A stretch of DNA of 52,859 nucleotides from NCBI GenBank assembly GCA_016937995.1, contig JAFGVM010000029.1, positions 1-52,859 on the forward strand. Direction: 5' to 3'. Positions within the stretch are counted from its first letter, which is position 1. Every line of letters begins with the position of its first letter. The position numbers and the translations under genes were made by a program. This document shows positions 17,846 through 27,738 of the stretch, piece after piece. This DNA comes from Candidatus Delongbacteria bacterium (GTDB lineage: Bacteria > UBA4055). The notes under the pieces were generated by a model. The model did not search any database and was not told the DNA's origin. It saw nothing but the letters and a program-made list of their open reading frames with translations.

Positions 17846-20236
17846 ATGGGTAAAAAAACAGGAGTTTATCTATGTCAGTGTGGAGGTAATATATCCAACA
17901 CAATAGATCTTGAAAAAGTACAAGAACATATCAGAAAGGAAAAAGGGGAAGATGTCGAAATTAAGATTTTTTCCCATATGTGTTCTGGAGCAGGTCAGAA
18001 ACTTATAAAAGATGATATAGAGTCAGGGGTATTTGACAGAGTTGTTGTTGCGGCTTGTTCTCCGCAATTTCATGAAAAGACCTTCAAAGCAGCAATGGTG
18101 AAAGGTGGTTTGAATCCGCATGTTCTGGAGATCGCGAATCTTAGAGAGCATTGTTCTTGGACTCATAAAACTGAACCTGAAATAGCTACAACTAAAGCTA
18201 TGGATGTTGTTGACGCCTCAATTGCAAAAGTTGAGTTGAACATTCCTTTGACGGAAAAAAAGATGCAAATGGGTGAAAGGGTTCTTATCATCGGTGGAGG
18301 TATAGCGGGTATTCAGACTGCTTTAGACCTTGCTGATACCGGTAAAGAGGTCACACTTGTCGAGAAACTGCCGACCATTGGTGGTAAAATGGCCGTTCTG
18401 ACAAAAACATTCCCTACAGAGGATTGTTCCGCATGTATAATCTCACCTAAAATGTCTGATGTTCAGGACCATCCGAATATTACATTATACACAAATTCAG
18501 AAATTGAGAACATCCAGGGACACAGACTGCATTTTAAAGCAACAATAAGAAATAAAGCAAGATTCATAAAACCGGAAATTAATATGGATGAATGTCTTGC
18601 CTGTGAACAATGTGTTCAGGCATGTCCTGTTTCAACCAGAAATTACTGGGAACAGGGAGTCATTGACAGGAAGGCAATTTATATTCCTGCAGCACTGGCA
18701 ATACCGTTCAGATATATTATCGATCCTGAGACCTGTCTTAATTTCAAGGAAGGTCAATCCTGCAGTATATGTGCTGATATATGTCCTCAAAAAGTTATAG
18801 CTTTCGAGCAGGAAGATGAGATAATTGAAAAAGTATTTGATACTATTGTCGTAGCGACCGGATTTGATATCTATGACGCTACTGAAAAAGCAGTATTTGG
18901 ATACGGTAAATATAAAAATGTGGTGACTGCTCTGGAAATGGAAAGGATAGTCGATCACATTAGCGAACCTGAACCGCCAAGAGAAGTCGGTAACAGAGTT
19001 GCTTTTATTCAGTGTGTAGGGTCAAGAGACGAACAGATAGGCAGAGAATACTGCTCAAGAGTATGTTGTATGTACTCAGTAAAATTAGCCTCTTTACTGA
19101 AAGCTGCTAAACCGGAAACAGATATTTATGTATTCTATACTGACCTGAGAGCTTTTGGTAAAGGTTTTGAAGAATATTATAAAAAAGCACAGAAAATGGG
19201 TGTAAAATTTGTACGTGGAAAACCTTCACATTTTACAGAGCATCCATTCACAAAGCAGGTGTCCATAACAGTTGAAGATACTTTATCAAGACAGGTGATC
19301 GAGAGTGACTTTGATCTTGTGGTTTTAGCTAACGGTATGGGTTTAAGTAAAGCAACCGATCCAATCGCAAATTTCCTGAAACTTGCGAAGAGTGAAGACG
19401 GATTTTTAAAGGAAGCTCATCCAAAATATAAACCGGTTGATACTCTTGTAGAGGGTGTATTTATAGCCGGAACTGCTCAGGGTCCAAAAGATATTCCTGA
19501 TACAGTGGCTCAGGCAAGTGCAGCCGCTTCGCGTGTGATGGTAACTTTAGCACAAAAAGAATTCAGTATCGATCCGATCCTCGCATTTGTGGATCAGGAT
19601 AAATGTGACGGATGTAAATTATGTATAGATAATTGTCCGAAAAATGCAATTTCAATGAATTCTAATGGAAAAGCTGAAGTTGAAGAAGCACTTTGTCTTG
19701 GTTGCGGATCATGTATTGCAAGTTGCCCTACTGAAGCTTTAGATCTTTACGCATATACTTCAGATCAAATTTATGCTTCAATCGATGCAATGCTCTCGAA
19801 CAAAAACGAAAACGAAAAAAGAATACTTGTATTCGCAGATAATAACTGTACTTACAGAGTTGCAGATGCTCTCGGAGTAAGAAAGATGAAGTACACCGGT
19901 GAAACCAGGATATTAAGAATGCCTAGCAGTGGCAGGGTAACACTAAATCTAATGATGTATGCTTTCAAAAAAGGTGCGGATGCTATTCTTGTCGGAGATT
20001 GTGAAGTGAACAATCTTAGAGTACCTTGGACCAGTGAAGTTGCAAAAAAGAATATTGAAATTGCAAAGGCAAGATTGATCGAATCAGGTGTTCCAGGGGA
20101 TAGAATATATTTTGAAGAGTTCAATGCAGGTGCTTTACAAAGATTTGTTGATACAGTAACTAAAATATCAGAATCAATAAAAGGATTCGAACCAATTACT
20201 TCTGAGGTAAAGGAGGGATTATGCCAAAGAAAATAA
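17846..20236 (+). CDS. hdrA: Heterodisulfide reductase subunit A fused to a C-terminal MvhD/FlpD-like domain
   Basis: GVYLCQCGGNI, NLREHCSW, IGGGIAG, KTFPTEDCSACI, QCVGSRD..YCSRVCCMY, ferredoxin CxxCxxCxxxCP motifs; C-terminal CTYRVAD..SGRV..GADAILVGDC. Confidence 0.92.
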   Translation: MGKKTGVYLCQCGGNISNTIDLEKVQEHIRKEKGEDVEIKIFSHMCSGAGQKLIKDDIESGVFDRVVVAACSPQFHEKTFKAAMVKGGLNPHVLEIANLREHCSWTHKTEPEIATTKAMDVVDASIAKVELNIPLTEKKMQMGERVLIIGGGIAGIQTALDLADTGKEVTLVEKLPTIGGKMAVLTKTFPTEDCSACIISPKMSDVQDHPNITLYTNSEIENIQGHRLHFKATIRNKARFIKPEINMDECLACEQCVQACPVSTRNYWEQGVIDRKAIYIPAALAIPFRYIIDPETCLNFKEGQSCSICADICPQKVIAFEQEDEIIEKVFDTIVVATGFDIYDATEKAVFGYGKYKNVVTALEMERIVDHISEPEPPREVGNRVAFIQCVGSRDEQIGREYCSRVCCMYSVKLASLLKAAKPETDIYVFYTDLRAFGKGFEEYYKKAQKMGVKFVRGKPSHFTEHPFTKQVSITVEDTLSRQVIESDFDLVVLANGMGLSKATDPIANFLKLAKSEDGFLKEAHPKYKPVDTLVEGVFIAGTAQGPKDIPDTVAQASAAASRVMVTLAQKEFSIDPILAFVDQDKCDGCKLCIDNCPKNAISMNSNGKAEVEEALCLGCGSCIASCPTEALDLYAYTSDQIYASIDAMLSNKNENEKRILVFADNNCTYRVADALGVRKMKYTGETRILRMPSSGRVTLNLMMYAFKKGADAILVGDCEVNNLRVPWTSEVAKKNIEIAKARLIESGVPGDRIYFEEFNAGALQRFVDTVTKISESIKGFEPITSEVKEGLCQRK

Positions 20237-20625
20237 AACTTACTGATAAAGGTGCTGAATTTTTAAAGCAGATCGAAAAATTGAGCGGTGAAACGATAAC
20301 AATGTGTGATCAGTGCGGAACATGCTCCGGTGGATGCCCGTTCGTTGAGGAAATGGATATAACACCATCCCAGATCATGAGAAAGACAATGCTCGGTCAG
20401 ATGGATGTACTTGATTCTAAAACAATGTGGATATGTGCATCATGCTTTACCTGTACAGTAAGATGTCCAAGGATACTTGATGTTTCTAAAGTATCAGAAG
20501 CTCTAAGACAGACTAAGCTGCGTCAGGCTATTGATAATATTGATATTAAGGATATTTCAAAAGAAGATGCTGAAGAATTGCCTTCTATCGCTGTAGTATC
20601 AGCTTTCAGAAAGTTCACCAGCTAA
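20221..20625 (+). CDS. hdrC: Heterodisulfide reductase subunit C-like 2x[4Fe-4S] protein
   Basis: CDQCGTCSGGCP and WICASCFTCTVRCPR. Confidence 0.88.
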   Translation: MPKKIKLTDKGAEFLKQIEKLSGETITMCDQCGTCSGGCPFVEEMDITPSQIMRKTMLGQMDVLDSKTMWICASCFTCTVRCPRILDVSKVSEALRQTKLRQAIDNIDIKDISKEDAEELPSIAVVSAFRKFTS

Positions 20626-20656
20626 TGTTATTCTAATAAATTCAGGATGAGAATAG

Positions 20657-21559
20657 ATGAAAGACAATATTAAAATACCTTATTTCCCTGGTTGTACACT
20701 AAAAACAACTGCAAAGAATTTTGAGATATCTGCAATTGAAGCAGGTAAAAAGATCGGAATTGAGATGGTCGAAATGCCTAAATGGAACTGTTGCGGAGTT
20801 GTATCATCTTTAACAAGTGATGACCTTATGAAGCATGTAGCTCCTGTGAGAAATTTTGTACATGCGGAAGAAATGTCTGAAAAGGGAACGGTAAATGACA
20901 GCAGAATGTTAATTCTTTGTTCAATGTGCTTCAACACAATGAAGAACACCAACAGAAGAGTAAAGAACAATGCTGAAGATATGAAATCGATCAATGATTT
21001 TATGTATCTTGAAAAAGATTATGAGGGAAAAGTTGAAGTGGTTCATTATTTTGAACTTCTTAAAGAGATCGGGTTTGATAAAATAGCTGAGAAAGTAACA
21101 AAATCGTTGAAAGATATGAAAATAGCTCCTTATTACGGATGTATGCTGCTCAGACCAAAGGAAATAGGAATAGATAACGCTGAAGCTCCGGCTATAATTG
21201 AGGATTTTATTACTTCTGTAGGTGCTGAACCGGTCAATTGGGATGCCAAAGGAAGATGTTGCGGAAGTTATCACACTGTTAACAATAAGGATATAGTCGT
21301 TAATCTGGCAAAAGGTATAATTGAGAATGCTCATAGATCAGGAGCAGATGCGATAATCACATCATGCCCGCTTTGTGCCTTCAATCTTGATAACAGACAA
21401 AAGCTTATCATGGAAAAAGATCCGAACTTCAAGACTATGCCGGTTTTTTATTTTACTCAGTTACTAGCATTAGCACTCGGACTGGAAGAGAAGTTCATTG
21501 GATTGGAAGATCATTACATTGATCCAAAGGAACTGTTGAAAAATAAAAATTTAATATAA
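20657..21559 (+). CDS. hdrB: Heterodisulfide reductase subunit B (CCG domains)
   Basis: YFPGC, WNCCG, CSMC, YYGC, RCCG, SCPLC. Confidence 0.9.
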   Translation: MKDNIKIPYFPGCTLKTTAKNFEISAIEAGKKIGIEMVEMPKWNCCGVVSSLTSDDLMKHVAPVRNFVHAEEMSEKGTVNDSRMLILCSMCFNTMKNTNRRVKNNAEDMKSINDFMYLEKDYEGKVEVVHYFELLKEIGFDKIAEKVTKSLKDMKIAPYYGCMLLRPKEIGIDNAEAPAIIEDFITSVGAEPVNWDAKGRCCGSYHTVNNKDIVVNLAKGIIENAHRSGADAIITSCPLCAFNLDNRQKLIMEKDPNFKTMPVFYFTQLLALALGLEEKFIGLEDHYIDPKELLKNKNLI

Positions 21560-21574
21560 TGTTTAGGAGTAATT

Positions 21575-22261
21575 ATGTCTGATGCTCAAAAAATGGTGAA
21601 AGTATATGTCATGGGTGAAGCATACATGGTACCGGAAGGTTCTACCATAATCGGAGCCTTTGAATATGCCGGATTCCAGTTGAAAAGAGGTGTAGGTTGC
21701 CGTGAAGGGTTCTGCGGGGCCTGTGCAACTGTTTACAGAGAAAAAGGTGATTATAAAATGAAAGGCGGACTTGGTTGCCAGACCGTTGTAACTGACGAAA
21801 TGTATATTGCACAGATACCTTTTGTACCTGCCGATAAACCAACGTACAAGATGGAAGAGATAACACCTGATGCAGGGACTTTCATGAATTTGTATCCGAG
21901 TGTTTTCAGATGTGTATCATGTAATACCTGTACCAAAGCATGTCCTCAGGACATTCAGGTAATGGATTACATTCAGGCGATCATTAGGGGAGATATTGCT
22001 GAGGCGGCAAGTTTATCATTTGACTGTATAAGATGCGGACTTTGTGCACTTCGATGTCCTGCAGAGATAGTTCAGTTCAATGCTGCTATCTTAGCCCAAA
22101 GACTTTATGGAAAATATATTGCACCTCAAAGTAAGGAACTTGAAGCAAGAGTAAACGAGATCATTGAAGGGAAGTATGAAAAAGAATTGAATGATCTTGT
22201 TGGAATGGCTAAACAGGAACTTATCGATAAATATTACAGTCGTGAAATAAAAATATCTTAG
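21575..22261 (+). CDS. SdhB/FrdB/TfrB-like iron-sulfur subunit ([2Fe-2S] + 2x[4Fe-4S])
   Basis: GCREGFCGAC...GC; CVSCNTCTKACP; CIRCGLCALRCP. Confidence 0.82.
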   Translation: MSDAQKMVKVYVMGEAYMVPEGSTIIGAFEYAGFQLKRGVGCREGFCGACATVYREKGDYKMKGGLGCQTVVTDEMYIAQIPFVPADKPTYKMEEITPDAGTFMNLYPSVFRCVSCNTCTKACPQDIQVMDYIQAIIRGDIAEAASLSFDCIRCGLCALRCPAEIVQFNAAILAQRLYGKYIAPQSKELEARVNEIIEGKYEKELNDLVGMAKQELIDKYYSREIKIS

Positions 22262-22270
22262 GGAGAGACC

Positions 22271-23941
22271 ATGTATCCAGAATATATGCAGGAATCTATT
22301 AAAAAAGTAGAATCAACCAGACCGGATAGATTGGAACTTGCCCGTAAACTTGGTAAGATGATCTACCCGGGGATGAACGAACAGGAGAGAGAAGTTGTTC
22401 TGAATGATAATCATCCTGATTACAAAGCAGATGCAAGAAGAGAAGTAAAAGTAGGACCTGATAAAGGTATGATCCTTACTACTGAAATTGCAGATATGCT
22501 AGAAACTTACTCGAGAATTGATATTGATAATTTTGATCTTTCAAAAGCTGATATCGAAACAGATGTTTTGATAATTGGAGCAGGTTCAGCGGGAATGTCT
22601 GCAGCTATAGTGGCTTCTGAGAAAGGTGCTGATGTTCTGTTGGCAACTAAATTACGTCTGGGAGATTCAAATTCGATGATGGCCCAGGGTGGAATTCAGG
22701 CAGCTGACCAGGCTGATGATTCACCTGCGATACATTATTTAGATGTTATAGGTGGAGGTCATTTTGATAACAAACCTGAACTTGTAAAAGCATTGGTAAA
22801 CGATGCTCCATTATCTATCAAATGGCTTGAAGATATGGGTGTAATGTTCGACAAGGACGATACAGGTAACATGAAAGTTAAAGCCGGCGGTGGTACAAGC
22901 AGGAACAGAATGCATTCTGCAAGAGATTATACCGGTGCAGCTATCTGTAAAGTTATAAGAGATGAGGTTTATAACAGAAAAGATAAGATAAAATATCTTG
23001 AGTATACCGCTATAGTTGAGCTTCTATTAAATGATAAGAAAGAAGTATCAGGTGCAGTGATGTACCATCTTGAGAATAAGCAGTTCTCAATTGTAAAAGC
23101 TAAATCAGTTATCGTTGCAACCGGTGGTTTCGGCAGACTTCATATCAGAGGTTTTGAGACAAGTAATCACTATGGTGCAACTGCTGACGGTATAGCATTT
23201 GCTTATAGAGCAGGTGCTCATTTATTATATATGGATTCTGTTCAATATCATCCAACTGGTGCGATTTTTCCTGAGCAGATCGTAGGTTTCCTTTGTACTG
23301 AGAAAATAAGAGGGATCGGTGCTCAACCAGTAAATAAGGACGGTGAGCTTTTCGTATATCCTTTAGAGCCTCGAGATGTTGAAGCATCAGCTTTCATTCG
23401 TGAATGCAATGCAGGTAGAGGTATTTCAACTCCTTCAGGATTAAAAGGTATATGGCTTGACACTCCACTTATCGATCAGATCAATGGAGAAGGTACGATT
23501 GAGAAGGAACTTCCTGCTATGCTTAGACAATATCAGAGATTCGGTATAGATATAAGAGAAGTACCAATGCTTGTTTATCCTACTCTTCATTATCAAAACG
23601 GTGGAATAGATATTAATGACAAGTGTGAAACTAATATTCCAGGTCTTTATGTAGCAGGTGAAGCTACAGGTGGAGTTCACGGCAGGAACAGACTTATGGG
23701 TAACTCACAGCTTGACATAATAGTATTCGGTAAGAGAGCCGGAATTTATGCTGCTGAGAGAGCTCAATCTATAGAAGATGCAGGAAATATGACTTTAGAT
23801 CATGTAATTTCTTACAATGAAGAAGTTGCTGAACTTGGAATTGAAAGAAATAAAGTTTCTCCTGTGATCCTTCCTGATTATATTCCTGATCACGTAAAAG
23901 CAAAACAACTGATCAATGAATATAACGGAACGTTGATATAA
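22271..23941 (+). CDS. Fumarate reductase/succinate dehydrogenase-family flavoprotein (non-covalent FAD type)
   Basis: IGAGSAG, SNSMMAQGG, QYHPTG, TEKIRG, PRD, HYQNGG, HGRNRLMGNS. Confidence 0.88.
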   Translation: MYPEYMQESIKKVESTRPDRLELARKLGKMIYPGMNEQEREVVLNDNHPDYKADARREVKVGPDKGMILTTEIADMLETYSRIDIDNFDLSKADIETDVLIIGAGSAGMSAAIVASEKGADVLLATKLRLGDSNSMMAQGGIQAADQADDSPAIHYLDVIGGGHFDNKPELVKALVNDAPLSIKWLEDMGVMFDKDDTGNMKVKAGGGTSRNRMHSARDYTGAAICKVIRDEVYNRKDKIKYLEYTAIVELLLNDKKEVSGAVMYHLENKQFSIVKAKSVIVATGGFGRLHIRGFETSNHYGATADGIAFAYRAGAHLLYMDSVQYHPTGAIFPEQIVGFLCTEKIRGIGAQPVNKDGELFVYPLEPRDVEASAFIRECNAGRGISTPSGLKGIWLDTPLIDQINGEGTIEKELPAMLRQYQRFGIDIREVPMLVYPTLHYQNGGIDINDKCETNIPGLYVAGEATGGVHGRNRLMGNSQLDIIVFGKRAGIYAAERAQSIEDAGNMTLDHVISYNEEVAELGIERNKVSPVILPDYIPDHVKAKQLINEYNGTLI

Positions 23942-23942
23942 G

Positions 23943-23970
23943 AAAAAGGCAGGAAATCCCTGCCTTTTTT
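23943..23970 (+). terminator. Rho-independent terminator
   Basis: aaaaaggcagg-aaat-ccctgcctttttt. Confidence 0.75.
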
Positions 23971-23990
23971 CATCTGCTCTAAGCCAAAAG

Positions 23991-24051
23991 AGAGACGCTC
24001 ATATAGAGCGTCTATACGAACACACGTAAAGACGTCCTACATGGGCGTCTC
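23991..24051. repeat. Pair of degenerate GTAGAGACG-type REP-like palindromes
   Basis: agagacgctc-atata-gagcgtctatacg and cgtaaagacgtcc-tacat-gggcgtctc. Confidence 0.55.
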
Positions 24052-24077
24052 GATAGAACAAAAACGAGAGAAGCAAT

Positions 24078-25247
24078 ATGAAAATACACGAATATCAGGC
24101 AAAAGAACTTTTTGCAAAATATGGAATCCCTATCCCTGCAGGTAAAATGATCCACAACTCAGAAGAGGCAATGGAAACAGCAAAAGAGATCGGTGGAGGG
24201 ATCTGGGCAGTGAAAGCTCAGATACATGCAGGCGGTAGAGGTAAAGGTGGTGGTGTTAAACTGGCAAGAACTATCACTGAAGTAAAAGAACATGCTGAAA
24301 GTATACTAGGTATGAACTTGATCACGGCTCAGACCGGAGCTGAAGGTCAGCTTGTAAGAAAGATATACATTGAAGGCGGAGTTGATATAGCAAAAGAATT
24401 CTATATGGGAATGGTTTTAGACAGAGCAACTGAAGTACCGGTAATGATGGTGTCTACAGAAGGTGGAATGGAGATAGAAAAAGTTGCTGCTGAAACACCT
24501 GAAAAGATCGTTAAGGTCAGTATTGATCCGCTCTATGGTCTTCAGGCTTTCCAGATAATGGAAATGGGTTATAAAATAGGATTACATAAAAAAGAAATGA
24601 AAGAATTTTATCAGTTCGCAAAAAAATTATACGAACTGTATATAGATATGGATGCAAGTATCGTTGAAATAAATCCGCTTGTACTTACCACAGACGATAA
24701 GTTCGTTGCCCTTGATGCAAAAATAGCTTTTGACGATAATGCTTTATACAGGCATCCAGCAATAGTGGAAATGAGAGATTTTTCAGAAGAGGAACCGGCA
24801 GAACTTGAAGCGGATAAATACGGATTGAGTTATGTGAAACTCGACGGGAATGTAGGATGCATGGTTAACGGTGCAGGACTCGCTATGTCTACAATGGATA
24901 TAATCAAGCATGAAGGCGGAAATCCGGCCAATTTTCTTGATGTTGGTGGTGCTGCAAGTGCGGTTACTGTAGCAAAAGGGTTTGAGATCATACTTAAAGA
25001 TCCTAATGTTAAAGCAATTTTTGTGAATATATTTGGAGGTATTGTCCGTTGTGACAGGATAGCTAATGGTATACTTGAAGCAACTAAAGTGACAAATGTA
25101 ACAGTTCCGATCATAGTCAGGCTTGATGGTACAAATTCAGATGAAGCTTCCGAAATATTGGAAAATGCGCACTTGAATAACATTATACCGGCTAAAGATC
25201 TTGCTGACGGTGCTAAACTGGCTGTTGAAGCAGCGGGAGGTAGATAG
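24078..25247 (+). CDS. sucC: Succinyl-CoA synthetase beta subunit
   Basis: [51 protein letters not shown]. Confidence 0.96.
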   Translation: MKIHEYQAKELFAKYGIPIPAGKMIHNSEEAMETAKEIGGGIWAVKAQIHAGGRGKGGGVKLARTITEVKEHAESILGMNLITAQTGAEGQLVRKIYIEGGVDIAKEFYMGMVLDRATEVPVMMVSTEGGMEIEKVAAETPEKIVKVSIDPLYGLQAFQIMEMGYKIGLHKKEMKEFYQFAKKLYELYIDMDASIVEINPLVLTTDDKFVALDAKIAFDDNALYRHPAIVEMRDFSEEEPAELEADKYGLSYVKLDGNVGCMVNGAGLAMSTMDIIKHEGGNPANFLDVGGAASAVTVAKGFEIILKDPNVKAIFVNIFGGIVRCDRIANGILEATKVTNVTVPIIVRLDGTNSDEASEILENAHLNNIIPAKDLADGAKLAVEAAGGR

Positions 25248-25248
25248 T

Positions 25249-26121
25249 ATGAGTATATTTGTAAATAAAGATTCTAAGGTCATTATTCAGGGTTTTACAG
25301 GAAAAGAAGGCACTTTCCATGCTCAGCAATGTATTGACTACGGAACGAATATCGTTGGAGGAGTTACTCCTGGTAAAGGCGGAGAGCATCATCTTGATAA
25401 AGATGTTTTCAACACAGTAAAGGATGCTGTTGCTCAAACAGGAGCTGATGTGTCGTTAATATTTGTCCCGCCTGCTTTCGGTGCGGATGCCATAATGGAA
25501 GCAGCAGATGCCGGAATAAAGATAATCGTATGCATTACAGAGGGAATTCCTGTAAAAGATATAATGCTGGCAAAAAAATTTGTAGAAAAAAAAGGTTCAA
25601 GGTTGATCGGTCCTAATTGTCCTGGAATAATCACAGCAGAAGAAGCCAAGATCGGGATCATGCCTGGATTTATCTTTAAGAAGGGAAATATAGGTGTTAT
25701 TTCAAAATCAGGAACTTTGACCTATGAAGCTGCTAATCAGGTCGTAAAAGCCGGCTACGGTGTATCAACTGCAATTGGTATCGGTGGCGATCCGATAATC
25801 GGAACTTCATTTATAGATGCTCTGAAAGAGTTTAAAGATGATCCTGAAACAGAAGCGGTCGTTCTCATAGGTGAGATCGGTGGTGATCTTGAAATACAAG
25901 CTGCAAACTATATCAAAGAACACTTCGATAAACCTGTGGTCGCTTTCATAGCCGGACAGACTGCTCCTAAAGGGAAGAGAATGGGTCATGCAGGAGCTAT
26001 TATTGCAGGAAGTGCAGGAACAGCTGCCGAAAAGATGGAAGCATTGAGAGATGCCGGTGTATTTGTGTCAGAATCACCTGCAATGATCGGGGAAAGTATA
26101 AAGAAAGTTATGGAAGGATAG
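25249..26121 (+). CDS. sucD: Succinyl-CoA synthetase alpha subunit
   Basis: [32 protein letters not shown] (phospho-His); ATG25249 after GGAGG. Confidence 0.96.
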   Translation: MSIFVNKDSKVIIQGFTGKEGTFHAQQCIDYGTNIVGGVTPGKGGEHHLDKDVFNTVKDAVAQTGADVSLIFVPPAFGADAIMEAADAGIKIIVCITEGIPVKDIMLAKKFVEKKGSRLIGPNCPGIITAEEAKIGIMPGFIFKKGNIGVISKSGTLTYEAANQVVKAGYGVSTAIGIGGDPIIGTSFIDALKEFKDDPETEAVVLIGEIGGDLEIQAANYIKEHFDKPVVAFIAGQTAPKGKRMGHAGAIIAGSAGTAAEKMEALRDAGVFVSESPAMIGESIKKVMEG

Positions 26122-26191
26122 TTATGAGTTGAGGGTTGTGGGTTGTGAGCGAACTAACAACTAACAAATAACAACTAACAACACATAACCT
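26120..26191 (+). repeat. Adjacent GT-rich and AC-rich heptamer arrays with no cargo
   Basis: agttatgagttgagggttgtgggttgtgag followed by aactaacaactaacaaataacaactaacaacacataacct. Confidence 0.8.
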
Positions 26192-26231
26192 GCTAATTCA
26201 AACTTCTAATTTAAAATTATACGGAGTAATT

Positions 26232-27077
26232 ATGAGAGAAATTCACGTTGACGAAATTATCTCCTCAGTAAAGAAACTCAGTATCAAAGCAAATTATTAT
26301 CTTGGACAGGATGTAATTGATAAGATGAAGTCTATGAAGGAGACTGAAGAATCAGAAACTGCGAAAGAAGTAATGGATATTCTTCTGCAGAATTATGAAA
26401 TGGCCGTAAAAGAACAAATGCCGATATGTCAGGATACAGGAGTTGCGGTTATTTTTGTAGAACTTGGTCAGGATGTTCATATCGTAGGCGGGGATTTTGT
26501 AGAATCTATCAATGAAGGTGTCAGACAGGGTTATAAAGACGGATTCCTGAGAAAATCAATGGTGGACGATCCTGTGATAGACAGAAAGAATACTACTGAC
26601 AATACTCCTGCAATAATTTACACTGATATTGTTCCCGGAGATAAGATCAGGATCACTTTAGCTCCGAAAGGTGGTGGAGCGGAGAATATGAGTGAAGTCA
26701 AGATGATGAAAGCTGCTGATGGTCTTGAAGGTGTTATTGATTTCGTAGTTGACAGGATAAAAAGATCAGGTGGAAATCCATGCCCACCAATAGTGGTTGG
26801 TGTTGGTCTTGGAGGAAATTTTGAGCAGAGTGCTTTATTAGCTAAAAAATCTTTACTCAGAAATTTGAACGATCCAAATCCTGATCCTAAATGGGATAAA
26901 GTAGAAAAGGATATTCTGGCAAAAATAAATGATCTTGGTATCGGTCCTCAGGGACTCGGTGGAAGAACTACAGCATTGGCAGTTCATATTTTGACTAAAC
27001 CTTGTCATATAGCTTCAATGCCTGTAGCAGTAAATGTTCAGTGTCACGCAGCAAGACATAAATCAATAACTTTATAA
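26232..27077 (+). CDS. Class I fumarate hydratase, alpha (N-terminal) subunit
   Basis: PICQDTG, PKGGGAEN, NPCPP, HIASMPVAVNVQCHAAR. Confidence 0.92.
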   Translation: MREIHVDEIISSVKKLSIKANYYLGQDVIDKMKSMKETEESETAKEVMDILLQNYEMAVKEQMPICQDTGVAVIFVELGQDVHIVGGDFVESINEGVRQGYKDGFLRKSMVDDPVIDRKNTTDNTPAIIYTDIVPGDKIRITLAPKGGGAENMSEVKMMKAADGLEGVIDFVVDRIKRSGGNPCPPIVVGVGLGGNFEQSALLAKKSLLRNLNDPNPDPKWDKVEKDILAKINDLGIGPQGLGGRTTALAVHILTKPCHIASMPVAVNVQCHAARHKSITL

Positions 27078-27089
27078 TTTGGAGAAATT

Positions 27090-27644
27090 ATGGCAAAGAC
27101 AGTTTATCTAAATACACCGATAGATAGTAATGACCTGATAGATCTCCAGACAGGAGATAAAGTTTACATTACAGGTACGATATATACTGCAAGAGATGCA
27201 GCCCACAAAAGACTTGTTGCATTACTGGATGAAGGAAAAGAATTACCGTTCGATCCTAATGGTCAGGTAATTTATTATGTTGGTCCTGCACCTACTCCTC
27301 CCGGAAAAGCGATCGGTTCAGCAGGTCCTACGACAAGTTATAGAATGGATCCTTATGCCCCTGCTTTGCTTGATGCAGGTATAAAAGCTATGATCGGCAA
27401 AGGTCCGAGAGACGTCTCTGTTAAAGACTCAATGGTAAAGAATAAAGCGGTTTATCTTGCCGCAATAGGTGGAGCTGCGGTTGTCGTAGCAAATTCCATA
27501 ACTAAAGCTGAAATTATCGCCTATGAAGATCTTGGTGCTGAAGCAATTAGAAAACTTGAGGTAAAAGAGTTCCCGTGCATTGTAGCCAACGATGTCAATG
27601 GGAATGATATATATGATGAAGGAGTGAAGAAGTATCAAAGATAG
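27090..27644 (+). CDS. Class I fumarate hydratase, beta (C-terminal) subunit
   Basis: TARDAAHKR, GPTTSYRMD, MIGKG, DLGAEAI. Confidence 0.92.
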   Translation: MAKTVYLNTPIDSNDLIDLQTGDKVYITGTIYTARDAAHKRLVALLDEGKELPFDPNGQVIYYVGPAPTPPGKAIGSAGPTTSYRMDPYAPALLDAGIKAMIGKGPRDVSVKDSMVKNKAVYLAAIGGAAVVVANSITKAEIIAYEDLGAEAIRKLEVKEFPCIVANDVNGNDIYDEGVKKYQR

Positions 27645-27706
27645 TTGTGAGTTTAGGGTTGTGAGTTGTGAGTAACCCATAACCCACAACCAACAACTCA
27701 AAACCT
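27643..27706 (+). repeat. Inverted heptamer arrays forming a long imperfect hairpin with no cargo
   Basis: agttgtgagtttagggttgtgagttgtgagt / aacccataacccacaaccaacaactcaaaacct. Confidence 0.85.
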
Positions 27707-27738
27707 AAATCTAAATTCTAATTTTAAATAAACGGAGA

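Noticed and set aside
17846-21559. Evidence of methanogenesis or sulfate reduction (QmoABC)
   Set aside because: No mcr, apr, dsr or qmoC-like membrane gene here; HdrABC homologues are widespread in anaerobic bacteria.
22271-23941. L-aspartate oxidase (nadB) or adenylylsulfate reductase (aprA) call
   Set aside because: No nadA/nadC or sat/aprB in the window; the adjacent SdhB-like Fe-S gene, fumarase and sucCD favour a fumarate/succinate enzyme, although NadB-like activity is not formally excluded.
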